A stretch of DNA of 57,098 nucleotides from Candidatus Hermodarchaeota archaeon (GTDB taxonomy: Archaea > Asgardarchaeota > Thorarchaeia > Thorarchaeales > Thorarchaeaceae), in assembly GCA_048885865.1 (NCBI GenBank), contig JBHLLF010000007.1:1-57098 (forward strand), given 5' to 3'. This document shows, piece by piece, positions 9,114 through 18,045 of the stretch (positions are counted from its first letter, which is position 1; each line of letters begins with the position of its first letter). A program made the translations under genes and the position numbers. Under the pieces are notes generated by a model that worked only from the letters and a program-made list of their open reading frames with translations, was not told the DNA's origin and did not search any database.

Positions 9114-10436
9114 TCACTTGCGTCTTGCTCTAATCACGACTGCCAATACAATCACGACTATTGGGACTCCGACGCCAGCCACAATCCATTCAATGGGAAT
9201 TGGTGGAGCCTCATCGGCCACTCTCAACAGCCAGAAATCAAAGTCGCCTTCAGACCAATCCACTTCAGTCTGCCCGGCCAATGCAAAGCCGCCATCGCTG
9301 CATTCCACTATTGCGTAAATCTCATCCCGGTCACTACGATCATAGATTTGATCCCACAGAAGATTGCCGTTATCGTCAATCCGCAGCAGCCAGGCCCCCA
9401 TAGACTGACTGAAAGGATCACCTCCGAAACCTGCTAGGGCGAACCCCCCAGTGCTGCATTGGATCATTGATTCTGCAATACCCATATGATTTGCACTGCC
9501 ATACGTTCGCTCCCAGACCACGGCACCATCGGTATCTATTCGAATGAGCCATACCAGAGAGAGTTGCTGAACTGAATCAAGTCGCTGCGCTACTATTTGG
9601 AGCTCTGACCCAACTGTCACAATGCTGGTCGCCGTTTCAAAGCCGGTTTCACCAAGGGTTAGATTCCAGAGCTCATTTCCAGTAGAGTCGGTTCGGACTA
9701 CATAGAGCTGAGCGTCAGAGTTGAAGCTCCATGTGTCCCCAGCTAAAGCAAAGCCGCCATCGCTGCACTGAGTCAGACCATGGAATCCAGGGTATTCGTT
9801 GCCATCAAATCCATACGTTTGATTCCATATTTGGTTTCCATCGGCATCAGTCCGAACCAAGATAAGATCGGAGTCATCACCGATATTCTGCCAGCCCAGA
9901 AGTGCGAATCCTCCATCAGAGCATTCGATCATGTCGAAGCAACTGGTGCTCGCAGAACCATAATAGGTGCGGTTCCAGAGGTGATTACCATCGACATCGG
10001 TTCGTACCAAAAGCATCTCCTGATGGAGGGGGTTTGAAAAGAATAATGCACCAGCCATTGCAAAGCCTCCACTGCTGCATTCGACAAGCGAATGGCCACC
10101 TGATTCATCGTCAGTATATGTCCGGTTCCAAAGCTGAGTTCCATCCTCATCGACTCGGACCAACCAAAGGCGTCCACCGTTTGTAGATCCTGTGGGATCA
10201 GTAAAGCCAGTCATAGCAAAGCCGCCCGTGCTAATCTCAATCATATCTCGGCACCATTCCCAATTAGGACCACCGTAAGTTTCTTCCCAGATGAATCCAG
10301 GAACTTCTTCAAAAGATGAGCTTCCCAGATTCTGCTGGATGGACTGATGCGATGACGCCCAAACGAGCGGGAGTGACATAACAAGGAATGACATCACCAT
10401 AAGGCATACCCAGCCGAGAATATTTGTCCTTTTCAT
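9114..10436 (-). CDS. Cell-surface beta-propeller protein with C-terminal TM anchor (paralog A)
   Basis: Same repeat type as paralog B (PG-x-IWE-x2-(Y/F)GGP, CSDGGFALAG, LVRTD-x-DGN-x2-WN-x-TY); signal peptide from MKRTNI; TM + RARRK tail. Confidence 0.85.
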   Translation of the reverse strand: MKRTNILGWVCLMVMSFLVMSLPLVWASSHQSIQQNLGSSSFEEVPGFIWEETYGGPNWEWCRDMIEISTGGFAMTGFTDPTGSTNGGRLWLVRVDEDGTQLWNRTYTDDESGGHSLVECSSGGFAMAGALFFSNPLHQEMLLVRTDVDGNHLWNRTYYGSASTSCFDMIECSDGGFALLGWQNIGDDSDLILVRTDADGNQIWNQTYGFDGNEYPGFHGLTQCSDGGFALAGDTWSFNSDAQLYVVRTDSTGNELWNLTLGETGFETATSIVTVGSELQIVAQRLDSVQQLSLVWLIRIDTDGAVVWERTYGSANHMGIAESMIQCSTGGFALAGFGGDPFSQSMGAWLLRIDDNGNLLWDQIYDRSDRDEIYAIVECSDGGFALAGQTEVDWSEGDFDFWLLRVADEAPPIPIEWIVAGVGVPIVVIVLAVVIRARRK

Positions 10437-10655
10437 CTCCATTCTCCTTTCCAAACGAGGCATTTGCTTGTGAGGCCGAATGGCAAATAATAAGCATTCT
10501 CACAGTCGAACTGAAATGGTTGCCAAAAATCATAAACCGTCACTGAAGAGAGTCCTTCCAACAAGATGAGGCCTATTTTTCTCTTGGCGAGGTTAGGCGT
10601 GAAAATCGAAGCTTTGATTTGGATGCGTTGCTTCCGATACTAGTGCCAAGTCTAT

Positions 10656-12203
10656 GTGAGTTTCGAGGGACAAGAATTGGATAATTGCTGCTTCCCAGCA
10701 ATCGAGGTATTCACAGATAGTGGTGACTCTAGTCTTGTTTTTGAGATGAAGCAGCAGCAATTCGATACTGATGATGAATTTGTGTATACTATGGAATATG
10801 ACCGAAAGAAATTCGATCTAGCCTTATCATATGAAACTGCGGCGAGTTCTGATGTGCCTGATATGATTAGATTGACCTTCTCTCAGAGTTCACCTCGAAA
10901 GGCACTTGCGATATCCCGTGCCGAAGCAGGTATCATGGAGGTGACTCTAAGACGAGTTGGCGGAGATACGGGGCATCAGGAGCACGAATACATTCTAAAC
11001 ATAGCACATGGAATGATGCGTTCATCTGTTACCATTGGCGAGTTCCAAGACCTTCAGACAAAGCTCACGCACATGACAGTACTAGACATGTCCATACCAG
11101 GATGCCAGTTTGAAGACCTTCTGTCTGAGATGCTTGCCAAACTCAGAATGATTGTGGTGCTGGACCGACCGACCTCATTCTCAAGGACATGTTGGCTCTC
11201 AGGGAAAATTCTCGATAGGCCAGTCTTGATTGTTCTTGATGGTGTTAAGGAGAGCCTAGGAAACCGTGTTTCTGTCGATGTCTGGAGCAATCTTGAGAGA
11301 ATTGATGAGGCAATCCTAGAGATCATCGCAGAAACCAAGATTGGAGATGTCAGTACGGACTTCAGTGGGCTCAATGTCACATGGACTGTTGATGCAACTC
11401 ATGATGATGAGGCGTTTTTGACTGTCGTGGTTTCCTCAAAACCTGAAATGACGATGCATTCAGGGAGTCCGATTTTCTTCACATTGGACTATCAAGGACT
11501 TCTCACAGAGAGTTTCGAAACACCATTTCCAAAAGGGAAACGGCAGGCGTCCATCGCGGCAGACTTGAGTGACATAAGAGCCTCATGGGGTGACAAACTC
11601 ACTGAGCCCTATCTTGCTGTTCACGTGAGTGACGCAAAATGGAAAGATGTCGACCATGCATATCATTTCGATTTCACTTGGGGACAGGCTTTGGAACAGC
11701 AAACAAAGCTCAAACTATCAAGTGGAAGTAGATTTCGCTCTCTTGGGGAGTTCGCGAAGTACCTAAACATGATTGAAGACAAGAAAGTAGCCCTTCGACT
11801 CTTCATGGAATTCTGCCTGAGTCGCGAACTGAGAGGTTGTGAATCACAGAGAGCAGCTGCTCATTGTGCCAGGGCCGCCATCCTAACAGGACTAGTAGTA
11901 TGCTTCAATCCTCCGCGGGGACTCTCTGGCTATCTCGAGATGCTAACTGATTCGGAGGCACCAAAGATTCTCGAGGAGCTTGGATCTCAGCGAACTTGGA
12001 GAGACCACATGTCACAGATTGTTCAGCTCAGCAGCGACTTCATCCCGCAAACTGCAAAGCTGAGCACACCGAATAGCAGAAAGAAGCCGGGTCGACCTCC
12101 AACTCAATTGGTACCGATCGCGCATCCTCTGGAACTATTCACCCAGTTCCTTGGTAATCCTGAGAGCCTAGTTTGCAGATACTGTCGGTTTCTAAGAGCC
12201 TAG
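10656..12203 (+). CDS. Hypothetical cytoplasmic protein with candidate coatomer/adaptin appendage-like N-terminal half and C-terminal CxxC
   Basis: 515-aa ORF with no TM; aa 115-226 pattern resembles the beta/gamma-COP platform subdomain; ends HPLE...CRYC. Confidence 0.6.
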   Translation: MSFEGQELDNCCFPAIEVFTDSGDSSLVFEMKQQQFDTDDEFVYTMEYDRKKFDLALSYETAASSDVPDMIRLTFSQSSPRKALAISRAEAGIMEVTLRRVGGDTGHQEHEYILNIAHGMMRSSVTIGEFQDLQTKLTHMTVLDMSIPGCQFEDLLSEMLAKLRMIVVLDRPTSFSRTCWLSGKILDRPVLIVLDGVKESLGNRVSVDVWSNLERIDEAILEIIAETKIGDVSTDFSGLNVTWTVDATHDDEAFLTVVVSSKPEMTMHSGSPIFFTLDYQGLLTESFETPFPKGKRQASIAADLSDIRASWGDKLTEPYLAVHVSDAKWKDVDHAYHFDFTWGQALEQQTKLKLSSGSRFRSLGEFAKYLNMIEDKKVALRLFMEFCLSRELRGCESQRAAAHCARAAILTGLVVCFNPPRGLSGYLEMLTDSEAPKILEELGSQRTWRDHMSQIVQLSSDFIPQTAKLSTPNSRKKPGRPPTQLVPIAHPLELFTQFLGNPESLVCRYCRFLRA

Positions 12204-14092
12204 AGGACGGTACTGTCACTATTCCCAGAGGATTTAGCTGAGCGTACGAACTCGTTGTTCACGCGATAGACGGGGAATCCACTACCAATTAGATCCTCCA
12301 CAATGTCCTCAACAGCATGAGTTTCCATATTCATCATGCGGGACAGTCTTGAAAGTTTGACGCGGTCATATGAGAGCAACAGAATCTTGATTCGCTGAAT
12401 TGAATCATCATAAGGCTCATGTTCATGATAGTATGTGTCCTTCCTGGACTTGTAGATCAATAGTGCATAGGAAGATCCTGTGAGTAGAAGTACCGCGCCA
12501 AGAAGGGCGAATTGCCATGTGTTCGGATGTGGCGCAGAAACACCCAGACTGTATACAATGCCCAGGCTATATTTGTCTGGAAAATCAAGGTTGTATCCAC
12601 CATGTGCTAGCTGCAGACCCAGCGCGATTCCTTCCTGAGCGTCAACATCGAAATCTGAGAGGGGTATCAAGAATTCATAGACCACAGCCCCATCGGGAGT
12701 CGAAGATGCAGACACAAGGTTTGGAATCAAGCTGTCGTTCGCTCCAAAAATATAGGTGTAGCTACTGTCTGCATTAGGTGAGGCAAGAGAGATTCCGAAA
12801 TCAGGAGCCTGCATGCTCCATGATCCATCTGCATTAGCATCAATGAATAGAATTGCTCTGGAATGGAAGGTATCAGGTATTGGTGAATCAATAGCCAAAT
12901 ACAGACTATCCGACGTGTAGCCAGCCAACAAACTCACTTGAATCAACTCACCACTCTCACTCCTGAAATCCACTTCAAAATGACTTGCTTGGCCAGCCTC
13001 GGTTTCATCCACGCTTCCATCTACAACTGGTTGAGTCGGCATGAGCCAGACTCCAAACTCATATTGACGCTCATCGATTCGAAATGTGTAGACTACTGTT
13101 GACTGATGTCCTTCAGAATTCAATGCCTGCACAATAAGACACACAGACGCAGGAAGTGTGATGGGACCACCATATATGATGCAGGGAACCTGAGTATCCC
13201 ATGGAGAGTCTATCTTAAACGAAGGACCCTTTTCCCATGAACAAGAGAGATTGGTTGCGGCCCCACGTACCTCGAAGTCCAAAATATCCAGAGGATACAC
13301 AATCGAATCATTCTCTGGGTGTAAAAGCACGATCTCTGGGTCAGATGCAAGTGATCCTCTATCAAACTCATATACATTAACTGAGTCCAGACTCAAGCGT
13401 CCTGGTTCCACCTGAGTGTGATGGCCCGAAACCATGAATGTCATGGTCAGTGGTGATTGAGGAATTGTGCGAGACACAAACGCTGTGAGAGTCGCATCAA
13501 TTTCAAGACGAACAATAGACTCGGTCCACTCAATCCTAAGTATGTGCCATCCATTCATGCTTCCAGTGCTGAAACTCGCCACTGTTCTCTCGCCGTCTGC
13601 GTAAGCAACGAGAAAGAGTTCCCCATCCCAACAATCAATGAAGACTCCATTCTGACATAATCGGCCATTGGCTATCCAATCGTTTTCATCGTCATGCCAT
13701 TGGTCACACCAGCCAATAAAGGAGTAGCAGGACCCCTGGGTGAATGATGCGTTTATTTCTGCAATGATTCCCGGGCTGAAATCTCGTGTTGACCTCAGAA
13801 GCACAGTCTTGAACTGCTCCCCCCACATGTCGAGAGTTTCTGCATCGTTCCATGCGAGGCTTGGATTATTGATCTCTATGAGGCTCCACTCTGAGTCGTT
13901 GTAGCCTAAGGTTGGACTCTGGAACTGCTCAGTGAAGACAAGATTGCCCTTGCTTTCGGATATGCTACCAAGGCTTTCGGCACCGTCTAGACAAGGACTC
14001 ATAGCTGGCATCTCATTAGATGGAATGGTGCTTGATGTAGGTATGCCTGCCAGAAGCAATACAACAACTGCCAGTAACACCAGTCTTCGCAA
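12200..14092 (-). CDS. Single-pass membrane protein: signal peptide, ConA/LamG-like, Ig-like and DOMON/CBM9-like domains, TM, cytoplasmic PCI-like winged helix
   Basis: GWHILRIEWTESIVRLEID (LamG/GH16-like); PVVDG...YLAI...LFIDAN...VYEFLIPL (CBM9/DOMON-like); TM; SYDRVKLSRLSRMMNMETHAVEDIVEDLIGSG. Confidence 0.7.
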   Translation of the reverse strand: MRRLVLLAVVVLLLAGIPTSSTIPSNEMPAMSPCLDGAESLGSISESKGNLVFTEQFQSPTLGYNDSEWSLIEINNPSLAWNDAETLDMWGEQFKTVLLRSTRDFSPGIIAEINASFTQGSCYSFIGWCDQWHDDENDWIANGRLCQNGVFIDCWDGELFLVAYADGERTVASFSTGSMNGWHILRIEWTESIVRLEIDATLTAFVSRTIPQSPLTMTFMVSGHHTQVEPGRLSLDSVNVYEFDRGSLASDPEIVLLHPENDSIVYPLDILDFEVRGAATNLSCSWEKGPSFKIDSPWDTQVPCIIYGGPITLPASVCLIVQALNSEGHQSTVVYTFRIDERQYEFGVWLMPTQPVVDGSVDETEAGQASHFEVDFRSESGELIQVSLLAGYTSDSLYLAIDSPIPDTFHSRAILFIDANADGSWSMQAPDFGISLASPNADSSYTYIFGANDSLIPNLVSASSTPDGAVVYEFLIPLSDFDVDAQEGIALGLQLAHGGYNLDFPDKYSLGIVYSLGVSAPHPNTWQFALLGAVLLLTGSSYALLIYKSRKDTYYHEHEPYDDSIQRIKILLLSYDRVKLSRLSRMMNMETHAVEDIVEDLIGSGFPVYRVNNEFVRSAKSSGNSDSTVL

Positions 14093-14413
14093 ATTCTCGA
14101 ACTCCTACTAACCAAAGATTGGGGAGTTGGTTGGCAAAAAGCCTTACTAATTATATTCCTGCTTTGGCATTTGTGACCATTCTATTGTGGTAGCTCCCAA
14201 TAGGTCACATCCTCATTGTGGAAGCTGGGTTATCTACGAATTTTTAGAGGTGCCGTGATTAGCCCTCCTTATTTCCTCCTCATGAAAGATGCATGACTTC
14301 GACTACTCTCGAACCAGGCATTCGGCGAAGCTTGAATGGAGAGGTTATATTCTACCTAGATGACTCATATTACGGCCCTTTAGGGCTACTAAACTGTGTG
14401 TGGAGTGAAAAAT

Positions 14414-14869
14414 ATGAAGAAACCCCTGCTTTTGCTCTGCGTGTTAGGGTTGATTGTTGCCATACCTATTGCACAAGCCACGATTTCTGCTGAGAATCAA
14501 TCGATAGGTGCGGGCGAAATCGGCACAGCGATTGAAGTTTCAATCGATATAAGACCAAACACGCTGCATTCCTACAGCAGAGGCCATTTTGTGACTTGCT
14601 ATATCGCAGCTCCAGATGGCTACTCTATCTATGACATTGATGTGACAACAATATCGCTTGAGGGACTGCCTGTACTGCCAGGTGAAACAGGGTTTATAGA
14701 TCATGACCTAGACGGCACTTGCGACCTCATGGTCAAGTTCAGCCGCGCGGATCTGTTCGCCCTGCTTCCTGGATATACATGTGAAGAATATCCATTGACT
14801 TTGACTGGTTCCTTTGATGACGGGACAACCTTTAGCGGTGTAGACATGGTTCATATTCTATATCGTTGA
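14414..14869 (+). CDS. Small secreted beta-sandwich protein
   Basis: Signal peptide MKKPLLLLCVLGL; IDIRPNTL...DHDLDGTCDLMVKFSR...LTLTGSFDDGT-x-F-x-G-x-D pattern seen at the C-termini of archaeal surface proteins. Confidence 0.7.
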   Translation: MKKPLLLLCVLGLIVAIPIAQATISAENQSIGAGEIGTAIEVSIDIRPNTLHSYSRGHFVTCYIAAPDGYSIYDIDVTTISLEGLPVLPGETGFIDHDLDGTCDLMVKFSRADLFALLPGYTCEEYPLTLTGSFDDGTTFSGVDMVHILYR

Positions 14870-14877
14870 TCGATTTG

Positions 14878-14913
14878 GGGTCACCTATGTCTTCATAGGT
14901 GTCCCTTTCTTTT
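14878..14913 (+). terminator. Stem-loop plus U-tract after the 14414..14869 gene
   Basis: GGGTCACCTATG-TCTT-CATAGGTGTCCC followed by TTTCTTTT. Confidence 0.7.
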
Positions 14914-14975
14914 AGTTGAAGAAGTTGCCTCATATGGGTCAGTGAAACAAATCTCGGCAATCGCACTATTTCCAG

Positions 14976-15755
14976 TTGGTATCTGATGCGGGAGAAAGTT
15001 CATTATCTCGATTTGCACCCATTGAATATATTCACGGTAGAGGAGGAATTTCCAGGTTGCAGGAGATCTCTGAGGAAGAGTTCAAGAAACGGTATTTCGA
15101 GATAATGGCGAAGCCACTCCCTGAAGATCCTGAACAGTTGGAGTTCCTGTATAACCGAATAGTGAACCTCATTGAGTTCACAGTGGATCGAGCTGAGTAC
15201 TATGAGAACATCAGGCAGGACAATGCCTCGACTTCCAACGCTCTTGTGGGTCTGGCAATCGCTGGACTTGGACTCATCTACACAATCGTCACAGAGACCA
15301 ATTGGATGTATCATATTGCTACCTACCTGTTCGTGCCTCCGCTGGTGGTCCTCCTCATTGGTGGAACTATCAGTGTGTTCAAACACCAGTTGGACTCGCG
15401 GTTTGATTATCCCCATCAGAAGTACGACTGGATCGAGGAACGGTGGTACTTCAAGAAGAACATCCCCGCCTTTGAGAAGCTGCTTGAAGAGAACGAGTCT
15501 GACATGAAGAAGACCCAGGATGCATTCCTCAGCGACCTTGAGAGAGAGTTTGACAGAAACTCAGATATCAGCATGGAAAAAGCGATTCCATTGGATAAGG
15601 CGAACTTGGTCATTCTCTACATCGTCACTGCCTATAAGAAGAAGTTTGCAAAATTCATAACAAAGATTCATACCTGGAGCTTCATTCTCGCTGGAGTGGT
15701 ATTTGCAATCTTTGCAGTCTACTACACCTTATTTGTGATGCCATTCATTCCTTGA
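14976..15755 (+). CDS. 3-TM membrane protein with Pycsar-effector-like topology
   Basis: Two adjacent TMs, soluble loop, K-rich helix, C-terminal TM; function not established. Confidence 0.55.
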   Translation: MVSDAGESSLSRFAPIEYIHGRGGISRLQEISEEEFKKRYFEIMAKPLPEDPEQLEFLYNRIVNLIEFTVDRAEYYENIRQDNASTSNALVGLAIAGLGLIYTIVTETNWMYHIATYLFVPPLVVLLIGGTISVFKHQLDSRFDYPHQKYDWIEERWYFKKNIPAFEKLLEENESDMKKTQDAFLSDLEREFDRNSDISMEKAIPLDKANLVILYIVTAYKKKFAKFITKIHTWSFILAGVVFAIFAVYYTLFVMPFIP

Positions 15756-15785
15756 GGAGCAAGTATGTTTTAGCTGGCTTGGAAT

Positions 15786-16370
15786 TCATAGGACCGCATC
15801 GCAGTTCTTGCATTGAGGCCGAATAGCTGAGTTATTGAAACCACAGTATGGACATTCGACGGTTTCGCCAATTCTCTCAAAGGCTCTAGCTGAATTGGGG
15901 TCAAGACCCTTGAGTTCCATGACCTCATCTGAGACCGGATCATAGATGCGTATCGCGTACACAGATTGACCATTACTCTGATGGTCAACTCTTGACTCAA
16001 TGAACTGGCCCAATGGCCTTCCAGCAAAGTGGTCCAGGGGAATAGCTCTCTTGATCCTGCTTCCCAGCACCTCTACTATTCTATCAGTTGTGAGGTAGTA
16101 TCGTGTCCTTCTAACATTGATCAAGGTAACAAGCAGTGCTATGCATCCGACAAGGGTCAGGACACCAAACATTAGACTAATTGGTAAACCAAAGGCATCC
16201 AATGACGCAAACGTAAGCACTGGACCCCCCATGACTAGTAAAGCACCGAAGAAGATGACCCAGAACCCAGTTCCCGCTTTCCGACTCCATACAATGCTCT
16301 CTCCAGGTAGCATTCCTTCATGTGGAGGGTCAAACCTTGCGCCTTCGAATGAATCCTGCCTCTCACTCAT
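15786..16370 (-). CDS. 2TM + bacterial-PH-like domain + C4 zinc finger (paralog A)
   Basis: LPGESIVW, two TMs, TRYYLTTDRI, CPYC-x3-N-x6-CKNC; SD GGTGA before ATG 16370. Confidence 0.8.
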   Translation of the reverse strand: MSERQDSFEGARFDPPHEGMLPGESIVWSRKAGTGFWVIFFGALLVMGGPVLTFASLDAFGLPISLMFGVLTLVGCIALLVTLINVRRTRYYLTTDRIVEVLGSRIKRAIPLDHFAGRPLGQFIESRVDHQSNGQSVYAIRIYDPVSDEVMELKGLDPNSARAFERIGETVECPYCGFNNSAIRPQCKNCDAVL

Positions 16371-16496
16371 TTGGTCACCTTGTTTAACCATAGTTCAGAT
16401 GCCATATGATATTTCTTCGTCTTGGCTGCGGCTCACGAATTCTATGCATTTTGCTCAGACGACGAATCCTCAAATTGCCAATTTTCCATTTATTCT

Positions 16497-17063
16497 ATGG
16501 GGAAGTATATGCGATTTGATCCTCCTAGACAGGGACTGCATGCAGGCGAGAGTATAGTCTGGACAAGGAGAGAAGGTACAAGCGGCAAGGTCATTGTATC
16601 GGGGTTCCTTCTATTCATGTTCGGGCCAGTGTCTCTTGCTGGAGTGTACAACCTATATGGAATGGATATGGTGGGACCTACGGCCTTTCTGCTATTCATC
16701 ATCTTCATCGTTGTAGCTGTAGCATATGTCCGTGAAAGGAACACTAGGTACTATCTGACTACTGACAGAATTATAGAGGCGCGAGGAGGGAATCTTGTCA
16801 AGGAGATGTCTCTGGAGCACTTTTCAGGGCAGCCTCTGAGCCAGTTTCTTGAAGCCAAGGTCACACACCAGGTCAACAACCGACCAATCTATACGATAAG
16901 AGTCTATGACCCTGTCACTGATGATGTGTTTGAACTACAGGGATTGGACAGATCATCTACAAGAGCTTTCGAGAGGATTGGGCAGACTACTGAATGTCCG
17001 TTCTGCAAGTATGACAACATAGGAATTACTCCACAATGCAAGAATTGCGGAGCGACGTTGTAG
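16497..17063 (+). CDS. 2TM + bacterial-PH-like domain + C4 zinc finger (paralog B, divergent from A)
   Basis: RFDPP, GESIVW, TRYYLTTDRI, RAFERIG, CPFC-x3-N-x6-CKNC; start 16497 or 16509. Confidence 0.8.
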   Translation: MGKYMRFDPPRQGLHAGESIVWTRREGTSGKVIVSGFLLFMFGPVSLAGVYNLYGMDMVGPTAFLLFIIFIVVAVAYVRERNTRYYLTTDRIIEARGGNLVKEMSLEHFSGQPLSQFLEAKVTHQVNNRPIYTIRVYDPVTDDVFELQGLDRSSTRAFERIGQTTECPFCKYDNIGITPQCKNCGATL

Positions 17064-17222
17064 ATGACTGATGCGTAGAGCCTTTCTGAAAGAACGTAGT
17101 AGAATCTGGATTATGGCCTCTATTCATGTGATGATGAGTATAGATTGCGCTATGAGCTAAGCATTTAGAGGCAGATACCTTTGGCATGGCAACTTCGCTG
17201 GTGTGTGAAAAGGGGATGAACC

Positions 17223-18023
17223 ATGAAAATCGACACCCACCTCCATCTAGATGAGCCCTGGCTAGCTGATGAGGAACTTCGACAGAGAACCATTGAAGAC
17301 ATCACTGAAAACAAGATAGTGACCTGGGCGCAGTCCTGCAGTGTTCCTTCATACAAGAAGATATTGGAATACTCCAGCCAGTCTGAATACATCTTCCCTG
17401 CCTTCGGCATACTACCCTGGTATGCCAATGAGTACATGGACAGGCTTGAGGATGTAGCCAAAATGTGTCAAGAGGCATTGATGCTAGGCGAGATCGGACT
17501 AGATATGGCAAGTACAAGAAACGAGTCAACAAGAAAAGAACAGGATGCGCTCTTTGCAGTTTTCCTAGAAGCAGCTGAGAAGCACAACATGATAATGAAC
17601 TGCCATTTCAGAGGAGGAATCGAGCGGGACGGACTAGAGGTCTTGAAGAGCTATAGAGTGAAGAAGGCGATATTCCACCACTATTCAGGACCACCTGAGA
17701 TGATCGATGAGATCACTGAGAATGGCTTCTACATCTCCTACGGCTCACCGAGATACAGGAACCTCTCGAAAGATATGAGAGAATACCTTCAACCAAGAGT
17801 TCCAAAGGTCCATGATGATCTGCTAATCATAGAGATAGATGTCTTAGGTAGAGGAAAGGGCTACAGACCACCTTCTGAGATATTTCCGGCAATCCTAGAG
17901 CCAATAGCTAAAATGAGAAATTCAACGCCAGAAGAAATCGAGGCGCTCAATCATAAGAATGTGTTAAGACTCATTGGAAAAGATCCAAAACTGAAGGACA
18001 TGGTCAGTCTTCTCAAGCACTAG
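17223..18023 (+). CDS. tatD: TatD-family metallo-hydrolase/DNase
   Basis: IDTHLHL, GEIGLD, NCH, FHHYSG, EID. Confidence 0.85.
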   Translation: MKIDTHLHLDEPWLADEELRQRTIEDITENKIVTWAQSCSVPSYKKILEYSSQSEYIFPAFGILPWYANEYMDRLEDVAKMCQEALMLGEIGLDMASTRNESTRKEQDALFAVFLEAAEKHNMIMNCHFRGGIERDGLEVLKSYRVKKAIFHHYSGPPEMIDEITENGFYISYGSPRYRNLSKDMREYLQPRVPKVHDDLLIIEIDVLGRGKGYRPPSEIFPAILEPIAKMRNSTPEEIEALNHKNVLRLIGKDPKLKDMVSLLKH

Positions 18024-18045
18024 GAATCATCAGAGGCAATTGTTG

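Noticed and set aside
12200-12203. Convergent genes sharing a CTAG with overlapping stop codons
   Set aside because: Common in compact genomes; no evidence of functional coupling
15786-17063. C-termini CDAVL / CGATL as CaaX prenylation motifs
   Set aside because: Cys is at -5, not -4, and is the fourth ligand of a C4 zinc finger
17223-18023. TatD as part of a defence system (e.g. QatABCD)
   Set aside because: No QueC-like or ATPase partners adjacent; most simply a housekeeping paralog
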